Translations under genes and position numbers: made by a program
Notes under the pieces: generated by a model
Database searches by the model: none
What the model was told of the DNA's origin: nothing
Seen by the model: the letters and a program-made list of their open reading frames with translations, nothing else
Source: Antedon mediterranea
Taxonomy: Eukaryota > Animalia > Echinodermata
Length of the DNA: 64,000 nucleotides
NCBI RefSeq assembly: GCF_964355755.1
Contig: NC_092673.1
Span: 1,364,001-1,428,000 of the forward strand
Direction: 5' to 3'
Part shown: positions 28,701 through 41,097 of the stretch, one piece after another
Layout of the letters: each line of letters opens with the position of its first letter
Numbering within the stretch: the stretch's first letter is position 1

Positions 28701-31700
28701 CTGAACACCGTTGGGCTGGCCAAATATGGCTGGTTTTCCTGAAAGTCTGGTTTTTGGAATGTGTTTTTAATGGTAAAAAAAGATATTTGAGACCTTTTGG
28801 TAATCTGGTAATATTGGGTATTGGGAGAGTTTCTTGTTTATAGGGAGCCTGGTATTGGGAGAGTTTCTTGTTTATAGGGAGCCTGGTATTGGGAGAGTTT
28901 CTGACTGTATTATCTTCATCTACAGTTTTATATAAAACTGTAATGTCACTTAAGTTCTGTCTACACTATGTGATGTGCCTATATATGGAAATGATGATGT
29001 CATATCTCTACCATATTTGGGCATATCACCACCATGTATGGGCACATCACATTTTTTTGTCGAACTGATAGTATAGACAGAGCTTAAGATGTGCAAATCA
29101 AATCCAATGCTAATGCTTCTGTGTTAAATATAATTTTGTTTATGAAGAACAAAGAAAACACTAGAGTGACATGGGGTTAGCTTGTAATTTTCAAAATAAC
29201 CTAAGCTTAATTAGATGACGACATCCATTCCATAAGAAGGTTTGAATTTCTATTTTCTTAATTATCATGAATTAAGCAAAAAGATTGATAAATGTCAGCC
29301 ATGGTTTTTAGCAAGGTCTTATGATCAAGGCTTTAGCAATTTTATCTTTTACATCATCATCACTTAAGAGAATGATTTGTGTATGATAAATGCAAAATCA
29401 TATAAGCAAAGGTAAAATTGTGTAAAAGAACAAATTATATTAAAACAGTTTAAACCTCTCACTTTCATAGACCAATGTTGTACCTTGAATCTAATGCAGA
29501 CAAATTACACGATTAGAGGATTTAGTGGGACTTAACTTTGTAAAAATCAATTCCGATAAGTATGACATGTTAGGCTTATCTTCTCTTTTTACAATTTAAA
29601 CAGGCATTTAATTTAAAGAAAATTCTTAATTTATGTGGAAGCTTTAAAATCACTGAATTCAAAAGTTAAAATAAGGACACAAAGCATTACATACAGTTAT
29701 GAACACACAGCATTACATACAGTTATGAACACAAAGCATTACATACAGTTATGAACACAAAGCATTACATACAGTTATGAACACAAAGCATTACATACAG
29801 TTATGAACACACAGCATTACATACAGTTATGAACACAAAGCATTACATACAGTTATGAACACACAGCATTACATACAGTTATGAACACAAAGCATTACAT
29901 ACAGTTATGAACACAAAGCATTACATACAGTTATGAACACAAAGCATTACATACAGTCATGAACACTGAACACACAGCATTACATACAGTTATGAACACT
30001 GAACGCACAGTATTACATACAGTCATGAACACTGAACACACAGCATTACATACAGTTATGAACACTGAACGCACAGTATTACATACAGTCATGAACAATG
30101 AACACACAGCATTACATACAGTTATGAACACTGAACGCACAGTATTACATACAGTCATGAACAATGAACACACAGCATTACATACAGTTATGAACACTGA
30201 ACGCACAGTATTACATACAGTTATGAACACTGAACGCACAGTATTACATACAGTTATGAACAATGAACGCACAGTATTACATACAGTTATGAACACTGAA
30301 CGCACAGTATTACATACAGTCATGAACACAAAGCATTACATACAGTTATGAACAATGAACGCACAGTATTACATACAGTCATGAACAATGAACACACAGC
30401 ATTACAATACATACAGTTATGAACAATGAACACACAGCATTACAATACATACAGTTATGAACAATGAACGCACAGCATTACATACAGTTATGAACAATAA
30501 ACACACAGCATTACATACAGTTAGTTACACACACTGAACACACAGCATTTCACATACAGTTATGAACACTGAAACACACATTTCACATACATTACAGTTA
30601 GTATGCATACAAACACACATTTATGTAGACTGAACACAGCATTTAACTGTATGCACACGGCACATACAGTACAATATGTGCACTACATTTTGGAGTTTCA
30701 TTTAATGTATTTGACAAAGCCTTACACATTTGCTTTTTGTTGAACATAAAGGCATTTTGGTTGGCAGTTAAGCTAGTGACGAGTGGAACGATAGATGATT
30801 CCAAGTGCGAGCACGTCTTCGAAACACGTTGACCAGGCTGTAACGTAGCTGGCAAACACTTATCCGACAATGATGAACCCAATGCGTTACATAAACCTGT
30901 AAAATAAAAGTTTTTAACAAATTTAACAATCATTTTGTTATTTTCTGCTTGCCATTTCTTTCCGACTGATTTAGATCTCTCTTTTCTCATTTGAAATTCA
31001 ACCACTGTTATCCTTGCTGTTTTTTTTTCCTTCTTATAAATTGCCTTTGGATTTTATTTTGTCCACAAATTACAGACCCTGTCAAATGTTAATTCATATT
31101 ATTATTAAGAATTCTAATATGGCATTTTGATACCAACGCTAGAAGTTGATTGATACTGTAATAGGAAGGTTGTTACTTATGCACCGAACATTCTATTAAC
31201 TTACTAATTATATACCAAGTAACAAGATTACAAATGCTTTCTACGAATTAATGTTGTTTTTAATTAAGTTGAGTAGAAGGTCTTATTATTATTATATTAT
31301 ACTACCACTCAGCACAATTAAATTCTTGACTTTGTCAGAGGTTCTCCTCCGGAAGCTGGTTGTACCAACAAGATTTACTTGAATAAACCAGCATCCAACT
31401 GGTACTAAAAATGTTGAAAACATAAACACTTGTCTAATAGTAGGCTACAGTAAAGCCATTGAAAACATTAAAGATGTTTTGTCTTCAAAAACATAGAAAA
31501 TAAAGATGAATACTATGTAAAATGATGTACTGTAATCTTGCAGTTTTGACAAAATAAATGAATAAATAAATAAATTATAAAAAATAAACAGTTTCACAGG
31601 AGCAACAGGTTCAAAGAGCAATAATGCTATAGTTTTTATTAGATATCTTAAGCTCTATCTACACTATCAAACTAATTTGACCAAAAAGTGTCCAAATATG

Positions 31701-34700
31701 GTAGTGATATGCCCAATTATGGTATGATAGGACATCATCATGTCCATATATGTCAACATTATTGTTGTTCAAATGAAGTTTTATAGTGTAGACAAAGTAG
31801 TAAATGACATGAATCAAGGGAAAAATACAACATAAACATAAAGTTGATTCACAAGGCTGTATAATTTGTCTAGAATCATCAGCAAATTCTGTAAGGCAGT
31901 GTCACATATGCACAGTATCATGTCTGTATCACTGTATCATAACCTTAATGTAACACAGACATTACATTTTTGTTGTCAAACTAGTTTGATAGCAAGACAG
32001 AGCTTTACTGGAATTTATTTCTAAATTGGGAGAACACTGCTTACTACTTTCAGAAATTAATGTCATAATTAAAAACTATAAATGAATGCATATAACATCC
32101 TGGCCAAATGTGTGTGATTGGTTGAGAGGACAATCCATCTTAATGTAAACACACTGGCATCAAATACATATTACCGCTGAGCCATGACCTATTGTTAAGT
32201 TTTACTCAGACGTAAAATTCAGATTGATTTCCACATGACGCTACTAATGACTTTCACATTATGAAGCAATAATTTAAAATGAATAAAATTGTAATTTAAC
32301 ATGTATTATCATAAAAGTTATAGTGGACCTTCCGATTTTAACCATAAAATGAAAGAATTCGGAATTGCTTGCGTTATAAATATAATCATGTTAAAAATAT
32401 TGTCCCTCTGAAAAAAAAAATTTAATTTTGTTATTGAATATGCTATTTTTATGTCACATATGATATACTACATATCACATGTGATACAGTATACTACATA
32501 TCACATGTGATATACTACATATCACATGTGATATACTACATATCACATGTGATATACTACATATCACATGTGATATACTACACATCATATGTGATATACT
32601 ACATATCACATGTGATATACTACATATCATATTTACCAAAAATTGGATTGGGAAACAAATTATTTACCGTAAAAAACTGTAAGTGTAATTGAACGCAAAA
32701 AAAAAATAAAATTGTCTGTCAGCAGTTTTTGATTACATTTTTTTGGTTATTTTAGAAGTGAAATTATTATTTTTGCTTGTTTTTTTTCTACGGAAGTGAA
32801 AACCTTATTAAAATCTGCAAAATGGCTTTAAAGTGTGATTTTATTAATCTGCATTGTTCATGTTTTTGGGGGACAATACTTAAAAACACTAAAATCCTTT
32901 AAAACCAACAATAAAGAATAAGTAAAAAGGGGAAAATGGTTAAGAAAAAGACAGTTGATATATACTGTAGTAATACAGTACAAAATTATGAAAATGCATA
33001 TTTGGTTTTTATGCATGATTTGACTCAAATTATGCAAACAAACAAAAATACAAAACATATGGCTCTCAAGCCTTGAGAGAATAAAGCCTTGTTCGCACTG
33101 GACATAAAAAATGGTAAATTTAATCACAGTTAAATCATCAGAAGATTTTATCACTGTCCATACTACGATATTTTCACGCAATTAGTTTTACCAGAATTGT
33201 AGCCAGTGTTTGCATTGGACTTTTCTTGGTCACTTTAGCCGGTGACTCGGTTAATTTGACAAATTACGTCCAGTGCACTAAGCGAGGCTTTAGGCCACAA
33301 ATTTGAATAAAAAATGATTTCTATATAGAAATCTCCTAGATTCACAAAAATAATGTTTGTGACTATCAACTAGGCTACCAAAAATGAAACTAAATTAATC
33401 ATAAACTAATAATCTAAAAGGCTTTCCAAGGTAATAAAATTAGAAGCACTGTGTGGATCGGAGCTAGTACCAATTATACACAGCATCTGTAACTATGGTA
33501 ACAATTATTTCGTTCATAATTACAAATCTTTTACAATCTGGTTACCGCTATACAGTATGTGGTTTCACAAAATTGTGATCGAAAACTAGATTTTAAAAGA
33601 TGCTGTGAAGGAAACAAGTTAAGTGAATATATATACAATTATAATTCATAAGTGCATATGTGTACAACTTGAAAGTAGTTAATAACTAAAGCCCGTTTTC
33701 CTGTCGACGTAATTCGACGCTATCGTTAACAATAATCGGCGATCTTCTACGTAAACATTGAAATGTTAACGATTTACAGGAAAAGGTACTCGCTATCTTT
33801 ACCATTTTAACTTGATCGTTTTCAAACGATCGTCGTTGAACTGTTAACGATCAACGATATTGATTGTTTGAATCTATTTCACTTTAACTTAACCTTAAAC
33901 TAAAAGTCTAATAAAAAGCATATTAAAGCTGCTTTCCTGAGAAAATATCGTGAAATATGGGTTCACAAAATCGTAAAATTAGGATTCAATAAATATATTT
34001 CTCCAGAGTTAAGTTAGTGTTAATTCTGTAATCCTTTCAGAACATGTATTAATTGTTTGTGTTTTGAACTTGAAGTAAAGCATAATTTAAAAAGATTAGC
34101 TCATTAGTTCATGGATGAAATATGTAAATGGCAAGACCAAGGATGGAATTAATTAACATACATGTGCATTCACGTACAATGATTTATTCTACTCAATAAT
34201 GTATTAAAAAGAAATAAAAATTAATAAATTGTCATTACTCATATAATCTTTATATGATAGCATCTATAACTACCAAAGGCTAATTAAAATAAGATCAATT
34301 TGAACTTACTAATATCAGAAGCTGCCATGGCAACCAAGTTGTACAATTGTGAAATTAAAGATTGGAATGAGATGACTGCGCTGGATGGAAGTGATTCTGT
34401 CAAGAAAAATTAATTATATTAAAAAAATTAGCATTTAAAAGCATTCTCAGAAGAACACTACAATGCAACAATTTCAAAGGGTGAGTATATATAATTTATA
34501 TCGAATTTTTAAAATTTAAATAGTACAGAAAAAAGCTTTTAAAATAATCTAAAATTAGCCAAAATTACAGTTGTTATATGAATGCTCTTAAGGAGCTTTC
34601 TATTGGTTTACTTGAAGCAAGATGTAACAACATGCTAATTAGCTTTGCTAGAAAATAATTGAGTTCAGATAGATATACATATTCTCCCACCTGTTCAACT

Positions 34701-36894
34701 CAATGCTGGAAAACTTAGGTCATATCATTGCAAAACAGAAAGTGCTTGGCTATACCTACAGTACAATGGTTAAACTGTTAAAGATGTGTTGCCCCCAAGA
34801 ACATGAACATTTAATTTAAGACTTTGAATGTGTCACTGTCAGAAAAAAAATTTTTTTTTTCAGGGAGACAATACAACTTTAAATGACAACGTTTGTTTAA
34901 TCTTATCTGACCACAGACATTTAAATGCCTAATTTTAAAATGGATTTAAATTTTGTATGTTTCATGGTTTTTGTATAAATTTGCTATTGTGATATTTTAA
35001 TTAGATTTTTAAACAATTTTATGTAATTCAAAATTAATTTTTTACAATATACCGCAATAAATAAATGACTTAAGTAAAATGGTCAACCGCATGTGTATGT
35101 ATACCTCATCTCCTGCTCCTGATTTATAGTAAATTCAGTCACAAGATTTTACTGGAATCATGTGGTATTAGGGAACTCAAAGTTATTATACCATATTAGC
35201 TATTATACCATATCGTTCTCCAAGAAATCTATTGAATTGAATACAGTAAGTTAAAAATATATTTTATCATAAAATTGATTTATGAAATAAATTAAATGAT
35301 TGATTTACCCACCTTTGAGGCATAATATTTGTAACATATCAAGAATGATGATTAAATGTGTGATGCCACATTGGAAAACGTGTCCAATATGAAGATGGTA
35401 ATCTTCTTCCACTCTAACTCTTATTAAAGTCAACACATTATGTAACTCCTTTCCTACAAACTTCCATAGCTGATCCATATACCAGGTACACAACAGCTTC
35501 CTCGTTCCGAACGTTTCAGAATCTTCCCAGCTAACAGATTTTTGCCTTCCGATTCGTCGTTTTTGGTTCGATTGGGAATAGTTTTCTTTTGTACTGTGCC
35601 GTTTTGGATTTAACTGTCCACGTGAAACTCTTTGCTGCGAGTTGTGAAATTTTGGATGGAGGAAGGCAGTTGAAAATGATGCAATTGACAACAGTTGTGA
35701 CATGAATTCTTCCTCCTCTGCTTCAAGTTCTGAGAGAGGAGATGCCGCTCTTGACAACTTCAAAGATTGTGAATCACTTTTTGACAATGAAGTTTTTGAT
35801 TCAGCTTTTAGCTTATCAACCAATGAAGATTTTGTCTGATCCATTTCACCATTGGTGACGTACGAACGCCAATCTAAAGGCATCTGATGCTCTTTGAAGC
35901 TTTCCGAAAAGTTCTTATTCTCGCAAACAAATTTAATCGTTCTAAATGCAACTAATTTTGACCTTTCTGCAGCGACAAATGCAAGCAGACTATGCATGGA
36001 TAGAGACCTCACAAATCCAGAAGCATTGAAAGCATTCGTGGCACCAAACGAGAATTTCTCTTCAGAATTCTTTTGAGATGTGCTGTCTTTTCCAAAAACT
36101 TGTTTAAAGATGGCATTGTACTCTTCAACACCACGCGTTACACTCCATAAAAAATCTTGCTTAAGTTCATCGCCTTTGTAATAAGCAAACACGGATAAAC
36201 CGACTCGGATCAAGTCATACAACCACAATAACGCACTCTGTTGTAATCTTAACAACTTATCTTTCACAACTTGTAACTCCGATATTAAATCCGAATAAAA
36301 CGGATAGAGCCATTTTTCAGAGTGTACTGAATGCTGGATAGATGTCCAATAATTAAGAAAAACACGAAAGTCGTCGCAAAATCCTTCAAGATATTCAAGT
36401 TTTGTTTCAAGTTTTTCAAAAGACAAACGTTCCTCATGACGAAGGCGCTCTAACAAAATGTACTCATCGTGAACATTGGTTTTCAGATGCTGAACAAACG
36501 CTTCAAAACGTCGAATACGCACAATACATTGCCGGAGAATCAAAGCTTTTGCACGACCTGCCATAAGCACCTTTAACTGCTTATAACATGTTGAGATTCC
36601 TACACTATGTCTGTTGTGTACAAATGACATGGAATCTGAAGCTTTTAAGGAGATATGTTGACCAGGGTAGACCGGCCTAAAACACTTTTCTAATATCTCA
36701 ACACCATGATTTATATCGTCCAATGAAAGATTAGAAAACTTAGTTTTACTTTTTGAGTTTTTGGATTTGGACTTTGACTTTCGAGGTGGTGGAGGTGTGT
36801 CCAAATCTAGTGTTGGTTTTGTGTGAAAGTGATGCAAGTTTTGGTGGCGCTGCATCTGGGTAACTGGCGTACCAACCATGACTGATGGATCCAT
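25761..36894 (-). CDS. CCDC142: Coiled-coil domain-containing protein 142 homologue, multi-exon
   Basis: Large first coding exon 36894-35308. Further exons near 34398-34309, 31400-31330, 30897-30726, 28622-28446, 28025-27901, 27603-27489, 27176-26997, 26743-26531 and 25981-25761. C-terminal motifs WMQHILKQKPKFS-IHGACQLEVDL and PNSQEWLNLRVHG resemble CCDC142. Confidence 0.72.
26195..26430. repeat. Degenerate (TAAG)n simple repeat
   Basis: Runs of AAGTAAGTAAG and CAAG variants. Confidence 0.8.
28953..29084. mobile_element. MITE family A copy
   Basis: AGTTCTGTCTACACTAT...ATAGTATAGACAGAGCT flanked by TWA. Confidence 0.75.
29677..30642. repeat. Intronic minisatellite (26-bp unit changing to a 33-bp unit)
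   Basis: ACACAAAGCATTACATACAGTTATGA x~10, then units with an added TGAACAC. Produces the repetitive ORFs 29931-30329 and 29959-30351. Confidence 0.95.
31651..31796. mobile_element. MITE family A copy
   Basis: AGCTCTATCTACACTATCAAAC...ATAGTGTAGACAAAG. Confidence 0.7.
32391..32885. mobile_element. TTAA-flanked non-autonomous element (Kolobok-like) carrying a 21-bp palindromic satellite (32453-32632)
   Basis: ATATTGTCCC ... GGGGACAATA inverted ends. Relatives at 34778-34882 (TTAA-AGATGTGTTGCCCC...GGAGACAATACAACT-TTAA), ~53620-53710 and ~56460-56650. The satellite unit contains ATATCACATGTGATAT. Confidence 0.55.
33690..33870. mobile_element. MITE family C copy (partial)
   Basis: TAA-AGCCCGTTTTCCTGTCGACGT..., homologous in inverted orientation to 47018-47199. 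Confidence 0.65.
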
Positions 36895-38766
36895 TTATAG
36901 GCCTAAATTTACAACAATTCAATAATCTGCAACTGAAAACATTTTTTACAAGATTTACATTTTTTAGCACATCCTTTTTTGGTTAGAGTCTACGCTAGCA
37001 GAAATAAAACATTACATTATTAATTATACTATAAGCCTAGGCCCCTATTACTTTACATTAGTGTGCCAAATAAAATGTTATACTGTTGACATGAACCATA
37101 AAATAACCTAAGCGGATGACAATGATATTTAGGCTAGGCCTAGCTTCAAGCATCCGGTGATAGAGCCCACCCAGATGCGCTGCCTACCTGGTTCTAGATA
37201 AGGGAGAGAGGCATGCGAACCACACACCATCACCACCAGGCCTAGAAATTCCAATAAATGTCAGTCATTTAAACCAGTTTAATTATAAAATGTACAAACA
37301 AATCTAATTTCATAGTTAGCATACCTTATATTGAATCGATTGTTTGAATTACTTGTTGCACTACAACCTTGTTAATTTAGTAAACCGTGTTTTTAATTAT
37401 ACATTTTATCGACCTTATAGATAGACACACCACTGTTGTTGCTACCAAACAACTCTGTCAGAGTTTAGCAGACGATCTATAATAAGGCATGTCTATTGAG
37501 GGCAGCATAATGAAAAAGTAGGATCGGAGAGGATGCAATGTGCTTGAATTTTTATGTTGAGCAAGAACGTTCTCAATCAAATTATGGCAAATGTTTTTTT
37601 TTTCTATTTTTGTATAGTAAAGTAATGTACTGTTTGTAATTGTATGGACGCACCTTCTACGCATATGTGCCACTGTTAAAAAGGTTTTGATAATAATATT
37701 ATTACAAGGTATTAGGCCTAGTTAGTAACCACCTTTAAAATAAAGCATGCTTTAAAATCAAGTTCTGTATAGTTTTATCCCTTCTGCCATTAAAGCATCT
37801 TTTACTGTATTTTTTTGTGTTTTATTCGGTCTCATAGCAACACAATTTCTATATATAATATTTTTTTAATGCAAGTAATGTAATAAATGGAAATAAATGC
37901 ACGTAAAGTAAGTTGACCAATCACGACCGATCAGCCAAACCGTCGCTCGGATTGGTGGTCAACTCACTTGGGTTTTGGCCACGTCATTGAAAAGTGTTTA
38001 TGTTCGCAGGCTAGGCATCTAGCAAAAACACTACGTGATCTTCTCATCATAATGCTGAATTTATTAGGTGACGATGCATGAAATGAACGTAAAATGATTC
38101 GATTATCATTAGTTGCCAATTCACATCACACGTAATATTAATTATCTGCCTCATTACATGCCTGCCGCATACCTATATTATCTGTCGCATACGGTACTCA
38201 TTATCTGCAGCCTGCCTATATCTGCTGTAGGCCTCATTATCGTATACAGGGAGGAAATAATAATAGAACAAGCAATTCAACTGAAAGTCAACTTTATTTC
38301 TTTTCACAAATTCACTAATAAAAGCTTCACTAATTAATTTTCTTAGATTTAACTTCTTGCAACTAAAGAACGATTTTAAATACATTACGACATCACAATG
38401 AAACCAGACCAGGCAAAAATGGGAATAAAGCCCCTAAAAAGTTAAAAACAAATGCTTTTGACACAGATTAGCCGGTGTGTCTGTTGGTCCATTCAAAGCT
38501 TCGTTATATCACACTTTTTTATGTTTAAATTTCAACATACTAAACTAGATAATTCATTTACATAAATTATGTCTTATGCTTGCGTTTCTATTTAAATTGC
38601 GTCAGCTGAAAGATTGGTACAAAATTATCAAATTCAAGCATTTACTACACATGGCGAAAAATTTTAAATTATATTCCCTAATAATATTAATTAATATATT
38701 CTCTAGACGATGTTCGCTTTAATGGCGGCGTTCCTCTTCTGTAGCCTTCCTGCTCTTACAACCCAA

Positions 38767-40373
38767 CTACAACTGGAGAGCAGATAATAAAGAAACTGCA
38801 AGTAAAGAGAAGCTGAACGTAACCAGACTACCAGATCCGGTTGGAGGATCCGTTCCCATGCTGGTATTGGATGTAGGCTCCGTTGTGGTATCCATACTCA
38901 TTGTTGTTGCCGCTGTCGCATCAATGGGACCTGACGTTTAACACTTTGACTGCCAGAGGTTTTTCCAGTTAGAAACTGCCACCGCCAGCGTTTTTAGCCC
39001 AATTCGATGTTTTTATTAAAGCTGATTGAAACCATGTATGTGATCTGATTTATATGTAATTTAGACTAAAATAATCATAAAGATTTTAGCTTTACAATGG
39101 TACCAAGAACGATTTTTAAATTGCAATATGTAAATCGTAATAGTAAAATGAAAGTAACCCACTTTTTGAATTTTTCGTAGTTTCGCGCAAGAAAGTCGAG
39201 ATAATCGCGATTTTGTGCAAGACATTACAATATGAAAATATCGCCCGGTGAGATCAACAAACAACGAAAAAGTTACTTACACGGCACTGATAGGCCTATA
39301 AAAACAAGTTATCACTATCGAAAAATGTATTACATTTTATGAATCATAAATCTTACATCAATGTTTCGCCAAAATCCACATAGTAAAGACACCAGGCCTA
39401 GTTAACCAGGCCTAAAGTTGGTCCGGAACCGTTTTACGACTAGGGCTAGGCTAGCCTAGTACTACTAGCCTAGGCCTAGGAGATAGTAAACTGATGATAA
39501 TAACCATACCATTTCAAAACAAGTTTGTTGCGTGAAACTCGGTCACTTTCAGTAAAACACCAAAACAATTAGGGTATACATACAATAATAAAATTAAAGA
39601 CTTCATATTGAAAATGACTCCATTATTTTTTATTCAGATAACAAACAAACATGTCAATCCACAAAAACCTTTGTAATGCTTCGGCGGCATAGCTAGCGCG
39701 CGACCGATACACAATGCGCCAAGCCATCGCTCTACGCGCTACTGTGATGCGCGGTGTTTGTTATTTCGACAGGTACCATTTTGACAGTCGTTCGTAACCA
39801 GATTAGTTACTTTCAAATTGTAAAATATTGACGGTCCAGACCGAATATAGTGTTCATATTTATAGTATATACCAATAATTAACCTATCTACCGGATTTCG
39901 TAAAAAAACGCGAAAAACGAAGATCTTCGTTTTTGGCAGTCAAGCGTTGTGTTTCCAAAAACGAAGATCTTCGTGTTTGGCAGTCAAAGTGTTAAAAAGA
40001 AAACAGCGAAAGATTACAATACAGCTAATTTACGTGCGATACATACACACATAGGCCTACATATGGGATCCTCCTCTTCAATTCTACGTCGTAGAACTGG
40101 AGTCGAGAACATATTCAGCACCAAATAGCCTACTAAGGTGTTCGTTAAGAATTGTCTTCGATTGTGTAATGGCTTTGGCTTGCCGGATTTCCATACTTAA
40201 AATACGAGAGATTTTAATCTACGGATGGATCACGATCATAGTACCGTCTTGTTGGTTGCTGGTCTTTTTCATTTACAATAGAATCCTTTGGGACACCCCA
40301 AGGCCATCCATCCCCTACCCTATTTTTAAATGCGCCTTGAGCACTCTGGAGTGGTATGTGCGCTATAAAAATC

Positions 40374-40434
<61 letters not shown>

Positions 40435-41097
40435 CAAGAGGATACTTTGGGACACCCCAAGGCCATCCATCCCCTACCCTATCAAGAAGATACTTTGGGA
40501 CACCCCAAGGCCATCCATCCCCTACCCTATCAAGAGGATACTTTCGTGTAAAACGAACAAGGACCCAGGAACACTAATATTTCACCAAATTTATGGAATA
40601 GCCCTTTGAGAGACACTTTCCCGTAAAACAAGGTTATAGATATTATTTAACAACCCTCCACCCCACCCCCATTCAGCAGCAGGGGGGACACGCGTTATAC
40701 TATTATTAGAGGGGATACGTTATTGGGTCCCGCGAAGGTGCCCCTCCCCCAATAGTTTTTTGTCTTCAGTAAACACAAAGTGAAAATGCAAAATTGTTCA
40801 CAATATAGTTAATTTTTAAAAAAGCAAAATACTCTGCAATTTTTAAATTATCTTAACTTATACAAATTATTTAGTTATATTTCGTTGGTTATTGGTTATT
40901 TGCAAGTACATTTTGATAAGCTTTTAATTAGCTAATTCTTAGCTATACCTCATCATTTGTCAATTTTCTATTTTTTTTTTATTTGACAGTTAAGAGAACA
41001 ATCAGATGGTATCAATCAAAGTGAATACAATACCTTGAAGCATGATTATCATCACGCTGAAAATGATAACAACGAGCGTAGTATGAAGAGCGTTCAT
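38767..41097 (-). CDS. Predicted 75-aa secreted, GPI-anchored Ser/Thr-rich microprotein (two coding exons)
   Basis: Exon 41097-41034 MNALHTTLVVIIFSVMIIMLQ(G) is followed by a GT donor in phase 1. Exon 38930-38767 follows CAG: GPIDATAATTMSMDTTTEPTSNTSMGTDPPTGSGSLVTFSFSLLAVSLLSALQL*. Alternative upstream ATG at 41106. Confidence 0.7.
38942..39991. mobile_element. Non-autonomous piggyBac-like element, TTAA TSD
   Basis: TTAA-CACTTTGACTGCCA ... TGGCAGTCAAAGTG-TTAA, with a subterminal repeat ACGAAGATCTTCGT...TTGGCAGTCAA. No transposase ORF. Confidence 0.85.
40285..40545. repeat. 48-bp tandem repeat interrupted by an L2-type retroposon 3' tail with (TAT)n
   Basis: TTTGGGACACCCCAAGGCCATCCATCCCCTACCCTAT x3. 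Between copies 1 and 2 lies GCGCCTTGAGCAC...GCGCTATAAAAATCG(TAT)n. Confidence 0.75.

Noticed and set aside
29931-30351. Repetitive 130-aa ORFs on both strands
   Set aside because: By-products of a 33-bp minisatellite inside a CCDC142 intron.
32507-32692. (VIYYISH)n ORF, and the similar (AISLLYL)n ORF at 5565-5756
   Set aside because: 21-bp tandem repeats inside non-autonomous transposons.
37130-37245. Possible intronic H/ACA snoRNA (two GC-rich stems) upstream of the CCDC142 CDS
   Set aside because: No properly placed H or ACA boxes on either strand.
40169-40609. 146-aa ORF with poly-Ile and the overlapping poly-Leu ORF
   Set aside because: Arises from a (TAT)n retroposon tail and a 48-bp tandem repeat.
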